Source: Massalongia carnosa (taxonomy: Eukaryota). From it: a DNA stretch of 64,000 nt. Positions 24,611 through 38,400 of the stretch are shown one piece after another. The translations under genes were made by a program, and so were the position numbers. Where the stretch lies: the NCBI GenBank assembly GCA_965645245.1, contig OZ287077.1, forward strand, positions 186,001 through 250,000. Direction: 5' to 3'. The notes under the pieces are model-generated. The model had not been told where the DNA came from. It did no database searches and saw only the letters and a list, made by a program, of their open reading frames with translations. Each line of letters begins with the position of its first letter. Positions within the stretch are counted from its first letter, which is position 1.

Positions 24611-25148
24611 CGGCAGGCCGGCTCTTGTTTTATCCCGCTCACAGAATAATCTCTACCATGGTAGGGCTTGCATGTATCAACACCAAGCACAGGGGCCCAG
24701 GAGGGTGGCGTTGGAGTTCTATTTATCGATTTGTCTCAAGCGGTTTGTCCCTCTGTTCGTGTCTTCTTTTCCCTCTTCCATTCGCAACCCCTTGTACAGC
24801 TAAAAGAGTTTTTGTATTTTTTGTACTTTCAGCGCTTAGTGCAGCAATTCTGCCCTCAGTAGACTTAGATACCCATCCCCTGGGACACCCCCCGATGTAG
24901 TTTAGCACTCTCGCATAAGGGCCTTCGGCCCTTGGATCGGTGTATGAATCAATCAATCAATCAACGTCAAATATGATCTAGCTGGCTTGGCATTCGCAAC
25001 AAATTGCTGCAATAACACCTTGTTTAGATACATGCAAGACCACTTTTCATTATTACTTTCACACCATGGGTACGTGTCTCCGAATAGAGATCTAATTATA
25101 CGCAGCTTTCGAACTGATAAAACCAGAACCACTTGAGCTAGAACTCAT

Positions 25149-26963
25149 TCAGTTCTGAGGCTGGTCCACTCCTTTTTCAAGGTGCCAACGTCGCAGAAAT
25201 CCGTCCAAATACCCAGCAGATAGTCCTGGGAACGCTATCGTCTTCCGCCGAAATGCCTTCTCGATCTCATACAACGATTTGCCCTTGGTCTCAGGCATAA
25301 AGACAAAACAGACAAAGGCTGTAAAAAGTGTACATCCACCAAATAGAAAATAAGCCCCATAGCTGCTCTTTGCCAACAGAATCGGAGTCGTAAGGGCTAC
25401 TAAAAAATTCGTCAACCAATTACTCCCGTGTGCGAGATTGGTAGCTGATGCCCGCGTTCGTTGCGGTTGACTTTCCGCCACGTAAATCCTTATCCCGACT
25501 GCCCAAGAAATACAGAATATCGTCACGAAGATGTAGATCGAGATGATAACTACCCAACGACCTGCCCCGGAATTGCGGTGAACAGCATTTCCCGCGTAAA
25601 GCCCACCTATCAGAAACATTGTAACACTGAGTCCCAGACCACCATAAATAGTACTATGCCGACGACCCCATTTGTCGGAAAAGAGGAGAGCGGGAATAGT
25701 CACGGTGAAAATAACGATTGCGGAAACCCCAGACGCGAGGAAGGAAGATTCCGAGGAGGCGAGACCGGCCTGTTTGAAAAGAAGCGGTGCGTACTTGAGA
25801 TTGTTAGTGGGTTTGTTTCTGTGCAAATCATCTACGGGAAGGAAGTTTAACGAGCTTACATAAAGAACGCCATCGATACCGCTGAGCTGTTGCATACCAA
25901 GCAAGAAAACTGCCAGGCCAGTTCGCAAGCGTACATCCCGGGCGAAGACATCAAAGAAGCTATGTTTGGTGGCCAAGTCTGGGTTGCGTGTGGGAGAGGC
26001 ATCTTGTTGGCGAGGAGAGTCAGTAGAGTCGATGAAGCTTTGGACTCGAACCATGGTTGCTTGTATTTCAATCTCAGCCTTCTCACGTTCCGCATGGCCA
26101 ACGCCTAAGACGTCCCACGCGGCGGAAACTTCGGCATGCCGACCACGAAGGATCAGCCAATGTGGAGAGGGAACAAGCCAAAGGGCTGATGCTATAACGA
26201 ACAATATCGAAAAACAGGTGAGGATGATAAATGGGATGCGCCATGCGAGGGAGGAATCCATATTAGCGGTTCCATAACAGGTAAAAAACCCAATCATGAG
26301 ACCGAAAGTGTTTAATAATTGAGGGCCTGCCGTCAGAGGTCCTCTTAGGTTAGGTGGTGAGATCTCGCAGATATACCTATTTGTTGTCAGCCATATTCAT
26401 CCTGAATCTCCCATCGTTTGCTGGGGTTGCTATGTCGCTTGGCATTCGAATATAACCCACGAGTTGCGAAGCAACATAGCAACCCACAGCAGCAGATGAT
26501 AGGATGGGAATTAACTTGCACGACCAAGGTGCCTAGATATAGTCCTTCCCCGATCCCTTCAATAACTCTGCCAATGATAAACATGGCAATCGTGACTGCT
26601 CCCGCTTCGAGAGCCCCTCCAAGGCCAAATATCAGAGCACCGATAGCGATATTCTTTGGCCGCCCAAGTACATCCGCTACTTTTCCGGCGAAAAAGGAGG
26701 ATACTGCAGCGGGAATCAAGATTGAGGAGACAATCAATCCATGGACGGTAGCGGATTGTGAGCCAAAATCCGAGACATAGCTCTTCATAACAGTAACAGA
26801 GCCAATAATACCAGTGTCCATCCTAGATGTTGCGTGTTATAAACTCTCCATATCTCGCAGGCGTATATAAGGGTCCATACCCGAAAAGAAAGCCGCCAAA
26901 AGAGCAAAGCATGCTAGTGAGGACATAGCTTGGGGGACAGCGAATATGATTAGACAGAAACAT
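25149..26963 (-). CDS. MFS sugar porter family transporter (exons 26963-26881, 26822-26520, 26376-25860, 25793-25149)
   Basis: GGFLFGMDTG, D.LGR, GR.I.G.GEG, YICEISP..LRG, QQLSGI, DKWGRR, PETKGKSL motifs; splicing gives an open frame. Confidence 0.9.
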
Positions 26964-27499
26964 TTTTCGAGATTCTAATCCGCGTTTTTCTCTCGTTGTT
27001 AAGGATTCTCTTTGGGAGTTCTCATATGTTTTGGCTTGTTAGGGACGTAAGAGGGGGGGATGTAATTGAGAAGTAATGGAGAGGCACCTCAGGTTTCCCT
27101 CAGCTGAGGAGCGAAAGAAGCAGAGTCGGGGCCTGATAGCAATCGCACTACAGTTAAATGACGGAGCGTCCGTTAATGCTTATCTATCAGCTCCAGATAA
27201 CGTTGACCCAACGTCGTTCATTGTTATTTTTTATGTCTACGACGTTGCAATTCAAAGACGCGTTTCCATTTCGAAAGTAACGTTACACGATTCAACGAGT
27301 CACCGACATTGAGAAAGTCATACAGATAGTTTCTATATTTTCTTGCTAAAGTTTACTAAATGAGGACTTTTAAGTAGCTAATAGATGATATAAATGCAGA
27401 TGTAAATGATATCCTGTGGGATTTTCGATGTTATTTTCTTATCTTATCTCTTAGCGTCGGGCTGTGTCGTCGAATCGAATTCGAGCGTCGCACTTAACG

Positions 27500-27662
27500 A
27501 TGATCCGAGTGAAATTGTCCAACGTGATCGGGTCGGGAGCTCGGGTCGGGTCCAAAGTATAAAATCGTCAGAAAAATCGACCGAGTCGAACGGTTCCAGC
27601 GGGTTTTACCCGAGATCGATCCGCCAACAAGTCGGAGTGAGCTCTACAGATTCCCTAACCTG
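27500..27662 (-). mobile_element. Diverged fragment of the hAT-type MITE family seen at 41237
   Basis: 27568-27660 aligns by eye to the reverse complement of about 41298-41388 (aaaaatcgaccg.gtcgaacgg...tacag.ttccctaacc). Confidence 0.65.
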
Positions 27663-28170
27663 ATCCGTTGGGCGCCTTCTGTGATAAGAATAGGTACGTG
27701 GCGTCGAAATGGGAGGAATGTCGGTCGACATTCCTTCAGCTGTGCTATTCGCCGGGATTACAAGATGACCGGTTGTCCGAGGGAGAAGGCGAGGGAATTC
27801 TCGGCCGCGATGGTGAGATGTCGGTGACACGGCCGAGTGTGAATGCGATGGACGGTAGAACAGCGACTGCCAAGAAGAGCAAAGTGAGCGCTATGGATCG
27901 GTGCCAACGGTTGTGATTCCTTTCACTGCAATTTTTCATTCCTTCCGATGCATATCCTCAGCTCCTTGACACCGTCGGAGATCGCTAGTCAAGATGAAGG
28001 ATGTGCCCAGAAATCGCGAGATGATTCATGTGATGAGACTCGTATCAGCGAGGTTGCGAGGGTATTTAGTCCATTGCAGCCTGTCACGATGCTGTCTACT
28101 TAATTTCAAGCAAAGTCTAGACTACTTATGATCACCTGATGCATTAGTTTACGATCTTTTACTCCTTGCA

Positions 28171-29799
28171 ATGTTTATGATATTATACTCTTTTTTTACG
28201 CTAGCGTCCCTTTATGTGGTCCTAAGACCGCTCATAACTTTCATCCGCGACGAGAAAGGCTTCCGCAAGTACCCTATGCAGAATTGGTCATCTGGAATCA
28301 CTGCTTTAGCCTACGGCTGGGAGGTCGGACGCAAGCACGACATCTTCCACACGAGACGACTGCATGATGCACATATGAAGGATCCTGTCATTCGAGTCGG
28401 TCCCAACTGGCTATCCTTTGGGAGCTCCCGCGCGGTCAAGGACATCTATGGCTACCTCGTCGTGCAACAAGGGCACCATCTATGCGGCCTTGCAAGGTGG
28501 AGGGAAAAACCTTGTGAATATGGTCGATCGATCAAAGCACTCACATCGCCGCCGCATGGTTGCTGTCACCTACGCCCCGAAGAATATTGAAATTTGGGAA
28601 CCGCATATCGCAGATTCGGTCGCCAGGCTGTTGAAGCAGATGGACGAAATGTGTACGGCCCCTCTTTCCCCCAAAGAATGTTTCCCGAAGAAGGAGGATC
28701 TCAAGTTTGACAGCGTCCATTGGAGCTACTTGTTCGCGGTCGAAGCCGTGGTGAAAATCGGGCTCAGCAAGGACCTACACTTCACTGAGGCTGGAAATGA
28801 TGTTTTACCCTTAAATGGTGCCAACGGCACGGTCAGAAGCATCAGTGTCCGTGAAAGTCTCCGGGGTGGGTTGCGTGCAACGTCGACTCTGATCTGGGAA
28901 ACCAAATGGGTTTCGTTCCTCAAGAAGGCAACGCGCGCGCTGTCCACCAATTACAGGGAGAACTGGCAGCATGGCGAAGATTCGACGGCAATAGTGACAC
29001 AGCTGGTGAAGGAGCGCATGGAACGATATGAAGAGGGAGAAATTCTTGACGACTAATTCAGCCAATGATGGAAGATAAGAGCGGCGCCACGCCTGAGATC
29101 GACGATCAAGACAGGATTGCAGAAACGGATCAGATGAGTAGGTCATCAAACCACGTGCTTGATGGCTGAAGTCTAATATCTTTACTAGTTAATGGTGGCG
29201 TAGATGCTGCTGCAACCTCTCTTGCCTGCACGCTCTATTACCTAATCAAGAACCCAGAGACTCTGGAAAAACTACGAGAGGAGCTCGACTCCGCCCTGTC
29301 TCCTACCGACAGCGTTGCTCCGTGGTCCAAGGCGAGAAATCTTAACTACCTCCGCGCCTGCGTCGATGAATCTATGCGTCTCTTCCCCCCAGTGGCCACC
29401 GATCTCGTCCGCCGCACACCATCCGAAGAGGCCAAAATCGATGGTCAAATGGTCCCCGGCGATACAGCAGTATCAATCTCGGCATACACCGCGCATCGCG
29501 ACCCTATTGTGTTTCCCGACCCTGAGGCCTTCCGGCCCGAACGTTGGCTTGCCAAAGGCGACGATCGGTTGAAGGATATGCTCATGAGATTTATTCCCTT
29601 CAGCGCAGGCTCGAGAAGCTGTATTGGGCGGAACGTGACAAGTTTGACGCAACAAGTTTTTCTGGCAACGCTCTGCTATCGATATGAGTTTGCTTTACTG
29701 AGTAGAGAGTGGGAGATGAAGTGGGAGGAGTATTTCAATTTGTGGCCAGTGAAACTGCCATTGCAGATCTGGCGGAGAGATATACAGGCGTCGGCTTGA
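28171..29799 (+). pseudogene. Cytochrome P450 monooxygenase pseudogene
   Basis: N-terminal TM, IRVGPN, ExxR (ESMR), PERW and heme motif FSAGSRSCIG. Frameshift near 28455, stop at 29054-29056, probable intron near 29138-29188. Confidence 0.88.
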
Positions 29800-31058
29800 G
29801 ATGGGATTCAGACCACCTATCGAACGAGATTGCCATGAACGCTGCCTTTTGGAGTTGGCAGAGTCCACTTTTATCCGCACCAAAACTACTCGAGTTATAT
29901 AGGCTAGTACAGCTGAAGGAAGGGTCGCTATGAATCTTGGTGAGGTTATGAAGCAAGAAGGGATCGTAGATAAATTGCACTTATTTGTGAGGGATTAGTC
30001 GTCCGAGTTTTAATCCCAACTGCGCTTAAAGCGGACGAATTGCTCACGGAGCCAAGGCTTTGGCCAAAGAACTCTAAAATACGTTTGCTATTTTCTTTCA
30101 CCATCAGATTTGAAGGCACACAAAACGAAGTCCAAAGTCTCGGCAAAGAACCCCTGAGCCGTTTAAGGAGCATCTGCGCGCTGTCTACGGGGATGCAGAA
30201 GAAGAGACTGAGTAGGACAAGAGGCGGAAGGGGAGGCTGGTGTGGACGATATGCGTGAAGGATCCTCTCATTGAGGTGAGAAAAAGTTGGAAGGACTAGA
30301 TTGAACTCACGCGCCCAGGTCCGAGTGGGTCGTGAGGCCGCCGAACCTGCGGACAGTAAGCAATTCAAAAAGCAAGGGTAGTGCTGGCTGGGGACAGCAC
30401 TCGCATTCGATAATGCTAGACCAATGCCTTTGCCTTTCCTCCAACATCAGATCAAGAAGCTTATGATTAAACAAATCTATCACTACTTTGAAACTCGCGA
30501 AGGCATTGAGATTTATCCTAATTCTATCTTCATCATCATTTTATCAAATTTTTCAGAAAAGTTACTGGATGAATAAACAATAAAATCAGTTATGTTCAAC
30601 ACAATATTGTGTGATGATGCTTTTAATGGTTTAATCAAGTTGATGTTCTGACTCCTGCAAGATTTTGGATTGACAATAGGGACGGTCCACCTAGCCTTAT
30701 CGGAGGCCGGCCTTACAATAGGCCGCCCCCTTGAATCCTAATGCGGTAAGGTGGTTAAGGAGGTGTTTGCTATAGCAAAAAATCTGGTCAATAAGGTCCT
30801 CGGGAGGACCCTCGAACTTCCTTCCTTCTAGATAGCATTAATATAATCACCTTTCAAAGCCTTCAGTCTGCTACTAAGCCTCCTGTACTCAAAGGGTTAT
30901 GAGCCCGGCTAGACGCTAGGGAAGTGCTATACAATCTCTTCTCTTCCTACATATCTAGTGCTTTTTCCTTGTAGGCCAATTATCAAGCCTCAAAGAACCT
31001 CCTCAGCTGTCGGTGCTTAGTCTTCAAACATGGGACTATAACCTATCAGATAAAGCCG

Positions 31059-34000
31059 TTGGTAGGTGAAAAGAACTACAATGTATGGAAGAAGGAGGTG
31101 AAACGCCTCCTCAGTTTAGACGAACTGTGGGATATAGTTAAAGGGGAAGAACTCCGACCCCTTAATGCTCCGCCTCGACCAGTGGACTCCCCTTCTAAGA
31201 TAGAGGATGGAGTCACCACCCCGGCCATAGTAGTGACACAAAGCACTATTGAGCGGTGGAAGGACAAACTGGAGGCCTTCGAGGACAAACAGAAGAAATG
31301 GGACAAGCGAAGGGTAAAAGCAGCTACCAAGATATACTTGAACTGTGGAACAGGCTCTCGAGTCCATATAGAGGGCCTGGAAGACCCAAAAGAGATGTGG
31401 GATGTACTGGAAAAGCATTACAAAGCAACAAGTCTGGCCACTAGAGACCTGGCCTTCCTTCAAATTCGTGCTAGCCAATCAGATTTCAAATTCATTCAGG
31501 AGTACGCCGAATACCTAAAGAAGGCCCACTCCCAGTTGATACAACTCGGTCACAAGTTACCAGACTGGGTTCTCTCTACCTCGTTCCGACTTGGTCTTAA
31601 ACCGGATCTAGAACCTTATATCTTCAGTCTCGTAGAGGCTGCAAGAGCAAACATGAGGGAGTTAGACGTTGACGAGATGATGATGGCCTTAATTGATCAT
31701 GATAACCGCCAACATAACTTAGAGGAATCCAAAAAGGCACTGATGGCTAGGTTCAACAGGAAGGAAAAGAAAGAAGAAGATAAGAAGAGCAAAAAGGAGA
31801 AAAAGGAGAAAAATACCAATTCGTCAAAATGTGAATACTGTGACGGCCCTGGTCACAAAAAGACCAATTGCTATTATCTGAATGCAACCAACCGGCCCGA
31901 TAACTGGAAACCGGACCCATCTAAGGAAAACTTGGTGAAGAATAAGAAGGAGGATAGGAAGGAGGATAAGGACAAGAAGGAATCTAATCCCTCGTCCAAA
32001 CCAGCCTTCGTTCCAAGATCAATGATAACCAAGAGCCTCTTTACTAACGTCCATAAGTCTCAAAATAAAGATCGTACCCGGTGGATAGACTCGGCTTCCG
32101 ATGTCCATATTTGCTATGACAAAGACCTATTTGATGATCAATCAATTAGAGGGAAGTTCATAAAAACGGCCAACTTCACTGACATGATTATTAAAGGAAT
32201 AAGATCTGTTACCCTGTATCTAGACGTGGATGGTGAATCAAAGGCTGTATGCCTAAAGGATGTCCATCACGTACCCGAGTCAGCATACAATCTGTTTTCT
32301 GTAGTTGTTATTGAGTCGAAAGGATTCGAATTTCTAGTAGGAAAAGAAAGAACTGAATGTTTTGCCCCTGACGGAGAACTCTGTCTTACTGGTACTAGTA
32401 CTCGTCAGTCTTCTGGATCCACACACTCGATCGACCTGGACTAATCAAAGACCTTACATACCTCTTACAAATCCTCTGACAATGCCTCGTGGACGGTGTG
32501 GCATCGACGATTAGCCCATCTCAACATGAAGGACGTCAAGATTTTAGCTAAACTCTCCACTGGCATTGATGCAATTAAGGCTGATAAATGTGAATCAGCA
32601 GAACCTAAAATCAACGTGTGTCCCTCATGTGCAATAGGAAAACAACATCAAAATCCAGTTAGAATTCAACGACTAAAGGCCACCAACATCGGTGAAATCA
32701 TACATACCGACATTGCTGGCGGGGGCGACATACCTCAAACAATTGGGGGAGCCAAGTATGCTGCCTCCTTCGCTGACGATTTTACTGACTGGAAGGTGAT
32801 TTACCTTCTGAAGAAAAAATCCGAATTAAAGGAGGTCCTAAAGGACTATTTAGCATGGATGAAGACACAAGGACATCCGGTCAAACTTATGCGCAGTGAC
32901 AACGGAGGGGAGTATGCTGGCCATCAGACCTTACAAATTTTGAAGGACAATGGCATTGAGTGGGATGCGACAGCACCACACAATCCGAATCAGAATGGGG
33001 TAGCCGAGAGGTGCTTTCGCACCCCCTTCGAGCGAACCCGTGCGATTCTTAGTGACAGTGGAATGCCTTCTAATCAATGGGGGGAGGTTATTTCCTACGT
33101 TACTTACCTGAAAAACAGGAGTCCAAGGCATGGTGATAAAACATCCTTCGAACTGATGTATGGCAGACAGCCAGACTTGTCGGGTGCTCGTATCTTCGGG
33201 TGCGTAGCATACTCTTACAATGTTGACCCTCAGAAGAAGAAGCTGGACGACAGAAGTATCAAATGCAGATTTCTTGGCCTTCAAGGCAACAACAAGTATC
33301 GCCTTTGGGACCTCACCTCCAAGAAACTCATCATTTCGGCACACGTACTATGGGACGAGACTGCATCCCTTTCGGTTGAAGAATCGGGGGATGGTGGCGA
33401 CGACGACTATGGCTTCTTACAATTCTTCTACCGAAATGGTGACGATGAGGTGGACATATCAGGGGTGATAATATATGCAAATGAAGAGGAGGAACTCGTT
33501 GATGAGGAAACCCCCTAAACGGCCTTTAGAACCGGAATTTGCAGATGAAGGAACCGGGAGAGAAGACGATGATAAATCAGAAAGTTCAGAAAATTCCGAG
33601 GACTCACAAGTAGCCGACCTGACCTCTGGGTCATCAACTGCTCCTTTTACAGGCCAATTTACTAGTAATTCCGAGCAGTCGATCAAATCCGCACCAGGAC
33701 AGGTACCTCAGGAACCTAGACCACCATCTCCACCAACATCATCATCCTGACCATCCCGAAACACCTCTCGACCCGATTATGCTAAATTAGCTGATCCATG
33801 GTCTAAGAAAGGAGGTAACAAGGGATTCGCATTGAGAGCTCTTAAGGCCTCCTTAAACGACCTCACCGTCCCCAGCACCTACAAGGAGGCCATTCAGTCT
33901 TCAGAGGCTACCGAATGGATCCGAACATCAGAAGAGGAGGTTGAATCTCATTCCATCAACGGGACCTTGGACCTGGAAATTCCACCACCTGGTAGGAAGA

Positions 34001-35018
34001 TCCTCCCTGGTAGATGGGTTTTATACAACCAAACTCGGTCCAGATGGAGAAATATCTCGATATAAGGCCTGATGGGTAGGTAAAGGTTTTTGCCAGATAG
34101 AAGGCATTGACTTTAATCAAACCTATGCAAGCGTGGTCAAATCAATGACATGGAAGGCCCTGCTGGCTATAGCGGCTAGATATGACCTGGAGGTCGAACA
34201 GATCGACGTGGTCACCGCTTTCCTTGAGGCCCCTCTAAAAGAGGAGGTCTGGATGGAACAACCCCATGGGTTTGTCAAACCAGGGGGATATGCCTGTCAC
34301 TTGAAGAAGGCCTTATATGGTCTCAAGCAGGCCCCCCGTGAATGGTATTCCACCCTCACTGACTATCTTATCACCATGGGCTATAGGAGAGTGGACGAGG
34401 ACCATTCGGTCTATATTCATCAGCAAAATGGCATCATAATAGCGATTTATGTGGATGATCTACTTCTCATCGGACCCTCTCTTTCGGACATCAGTCTCTT
34501 GATGACTGGATTGTCTTACCGATCCCGGATCAAGGATCTCGGACCAATTAATTTCTATTTAGGGATGCACGTCACTCGGGACCGGCCAAATCGAAGAATA
34601 TATATTCATCAATCGGCGTACATTAGGCGGGTCATCGATGCAGTCGACATGTCCGATTGCAAATCCGTCAAAACACCCATGGAGACCAATCTTCTTCTGG
34701 TCAAGAATTACTATAAAGGCAAGATATACGAGGCCACAAATAGAGAGATCAAGGCATATCAAATGTTTATTGGATCTCTATTGTGGTTAGCATGTATGAC
34801 TCGGCCGGATATTGCTTACTCGGTGAATCGCTGCAGTAGATATTCAATCAATCCTACCCCCTATCAAGGCGCAATTTTAAAAAGAATCATTCGATATTTG
34901 GCTGGAACAAGGGACCTAGGCCTATGTTTTGGATCCTTCTATGAGGGTATTCACACCGATTTAATCGGTTATACTGATGCCTCTTATGGAGACTGTCTGG
35001 ACACTAGGAGATCCACTT
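31059..35018 (+). pseudogene. pol: Copia B gag-pol with stops and frameshifts
   Basis: CEYCDGPGH knuckle, WIDSAS protease, WHRRLAH, SDNGGE, NGVAER, IYVDD. Confidence 0.9.
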
Positions 35019-35425
35019 TGTTGAGAATTGAGCCGAGATGTCTGCTTATTAATAAGAGCACTAACCGAATGCGGATCAAGCACTAAGGGTTATTTCGGCC
35101 GTGGCAACACATCACTAATCATTCGAGATGTCATCCATCTGCCAGCTAAGGGAGGCAAAACGGAATATATTGTTAGATGGTGAGGCTACCATTGGTTAGA
35201 TGGTCAGGCTACCATCAATATAGGCATCCATCGTGAGTCACACGGGTGTCTACCAGGCACCTATGGAGGTGCCTAACAGGCAGCTATGGGAAGCCTACAG
35301 CATTACTGCTGTGTGACTGCTATAAAAGCAGGTAGATAGCCCACATAGATAATAACCCTCAATGAAATGTATGCTTCTTATTTGCCCTACTTCCGTTTCA
35401 TGATCAATAGCCTGGTGTTTCAACA

Positions 35426-35437
35426 GGTTATGAGCCC
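35426..35437 (+). promoter_or_regulatory. Primer binding site complementary to the tRNA-iMet anticodon stem-loop (Ty5/copia-type); same motif at 30895-30906
   Basis: GGTTATGAGCCC is the reverse complement of GGGCUCAUAACC. Confidence 0.8.
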
Positions 35438-35465
35438 GGTCAGCTATTAGAGAAATAAGAAGCCA

Positions 35466-38400
35466 TTGATATTCGACTCCACCCTAATTCGTTTCGTCTC
35501 AATGTCTTCATCAGCTGCGTCAACGTCGACCACCCCGCTGGGGTCCGGAAAAGGGCCGGAAGAAGAGTCGACGAGTGAGAATGTTGATGGCCAGTATAAG
35601 GCTGGTGTGGGATTAAAAGGTGAGATTAAGGTGACAAAACTGACACAGGATAACTTTCGTACATGGATGAAGATCATGCGACTTAATCTAATCGGTAAGA
35701 AGTTGTGGGGTATCGTCGACGGTAAGACAGCACGCCCCAGCGATTCTAGACCGAATGATCAGACGTCTTGGGAGTTTGATAATGCAACGGTTATGACCTA
35801 CATCATGACGTCTGTAGACGACGAGCAGTTGCAGCACATCGTACTCTTAGACACCGCCAAGGAGCAGTGGGACACGTTGTATCGAATTCATCAGGACATA
35901 GGAAAAACACGGCTGGTTCCCCTACTGCGAAGACTGTCAGCGTATCGAGCTGGACCTTCACAGACGGTGGAACAGATCGCGTCGGAGCTTAGAAAGATAG
36001 CTTCAATCATAGGAGAAATCAGACTTGAGGAAAAGCCTTCGGATTTCTTTCTAGCTCGTACCCTTCTAGACTCGGTGGACGGCAGCGCGTATGCAATGGC
36101 CCGAGCCCTGTTGGAAGAGAAAGACGATTTGACCATGTTGATGGTCATCGAAAAGTTCAAAGAAGTTGAACAGAAGAACAAGGACAATGAGGTAAACATT
36201 CACGAAGTTGCTAATAGGGCGTCATCCGATCGAAAGTTCAGTGGAAAATGCTACCATTGCGACAAAGTGGGGCATATAAAGACCAGCTGTTTCTTATGGT
36301 TGAAAACGGATGAGGGCCAGAAGCATCAAAAGGGGAGTGAGAATACTGATCATATGTCGAATAAAACCCGAGGTAAATCATCGAACGGGGGACGGGGCCG
36401 AAAGCCGAAGAAGTCGGAAGAGGCACGACTGACCCGAGAGGATGAAGATGACGCTCGATCCGAAGCCAGCGATGCTTCAGAGTACGCCAGGATGGCTGTT
36501 GAAGACGCTGAAGAATATATTCAGGCCGCCCAATTCGAAGCCCAGGAGGAATATGCCCTGGCCGCGACTGCACGAATGGGGGCTGGATCTGAAGCCCAGG
36601 CCGCTCGATTTGGCGCGATTGCGCAAACGGGGGCTGGCACTCCATCGAAGGAATGGATTATTGACTCCGGAGCGAGTCGGCACATGACTCCTGATAGGGG
36701 GTTATTCGTCAGCATGATGCTGATTAGGACGACAGTGAGGGTGGCCGATGGTACGGTCATTTTGTCAATTGGTAGAGGAGACGTCCTTGTACGGATGAGA
36801 AACGGGGAGAAGATACGACTGACTGAAGTGTTATTTGTCCCCGAACTCGATACCAACCTACTGTCGATACGAGCTCTTCAGGCGAAGGGAATTTCCGTCC
36901 GCTTCGGCCTGAATGGAGTCGAAATCACCCGCGGTGAGGCCTTATTGGCCACCGGAGTGTTGTCTGGATCGTCGTACCTATTGAGGCCAGCCAGAGAGGA
37001 TGTGGCCCTGATTACTGAGGTAACGAAGGAGAAACACTCACCGAACCCGGCTCGGGATGATTATTTGTTATGGCATGCGCGAATGGGGCATGTCAGTCTC
37101 AAAAGACTAGAGAAACTTCCATCATTGACCACCGGAACGGGTGCGATCAAAGGAGTGGATGCAACCGCTCATTCTGATAAGTGCGTCACCTGCAAATATA
37201 CCAAAATGACGAAGGTAATCAGTCGAATGCCGCCATTGAAATCAACGCGACGAGGAGAACGTACGTTTTCGGACTATTGGGGCCCGTACAAGGTAGCGAA
37301 TCTTCAAGGATCGCAATATTTCCTGTCATTTGTCGATGATTTTTCTCGTCGATCTGAGGTGTATTTTGGATCGAGGTTGACCCTGAAAGAAAACTTTCAA
37401 CGATATAAAGCGAAGTTCGAAGTCGAGACTGGAGAGAAGCTAGGTCTAATTCGTACGGACAACGCAAAGGAATATCACGCTTTGGAAAAAGACCTTCTGA
37501 AAGAAGGCATTCAAATGGAGTTTACAGACCCGTACACCCCTGAGCAAAACGGGGTCGCTGAGCGTCTGAATCGAACCCTAATGCAGATGGTTAGGGCTAT
37601 GCAACTATGGGCTGGATTGCCCAGGGAATTTTGGGGGGAGGCCTTGATGGTCGCGAATTATCTTCGGAATCGGCTCCCAACCAATACACACGGAGGGAAA
37701 ATGACTCCATACGAGGCCTGGTACGGCCGAAGACCGGATCTGGGCCACTTACGAACCTATGGATGTTTGGTTCATGCCCGTATCCCCAGCGAAAGAAGAG
37801 ACAAAATGGATGTCGTCTCATTTCAGGGAGTATTCGTCGGGTACCACTCATCAAAACAATATCGAATTTATAACCCCAAAACGAAGAAAATCGGATGGCA
37901 TTCGAGCCTTGATTTTTTCGAGGACTGGCCTGGGGGACCATTGTTAAACGTTCCTACCGAGTCAGGGACATGGGAAATTGACACAATTGACAGCGATTAC
38001 GAGCCCGACAAGTATCTCGACAATCAACTCATCACCAACGAGGGGGGAGATGAGGTCATTGGTGATAACGGCCAAAACAAGAATTTATCAGTAGGGGCTG
38101 ACCCCACATCTCAAATTGAAAATCCTGAAGAGATTACATCGCCAGTGGGAGCTGATCCCGCCTCTTCAAATGAAGGAATACCCACGATTGAACTGAATGC
38201 TCAGTCAAACACAGGTATCCCTGCAACTATCGAAGGCAAATCGCCCAGAAAAAGGACTCCTACAACGACTGCATTCACCCGATCAAAGAGAGAGAGAAAG
38301 CCGTACGACAAATACGCATTCGACAATAATCAAGCTCTTCAAACAAATGACGATCATGATCCCACTTCGTACAGTGAGGCCGTCAACGGAAAAGACTGGC

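Larger units (their letters stand above)
18900..24964 (+). mobile_element. Tad-like LINE with RNase H (LINE 1); 5' boundary approximate
   Basis: ORF1 and ORF2 overlap at ATGA; 3' hairpin and (AATC)n tail at 24947-24964. Confidence 0.9.

Noticed and set aside
29946..30368. 140-aa minus-strand ORF
   Set aside because: No recognisable motif and a non-ATG start; cannot be supported as a gene.
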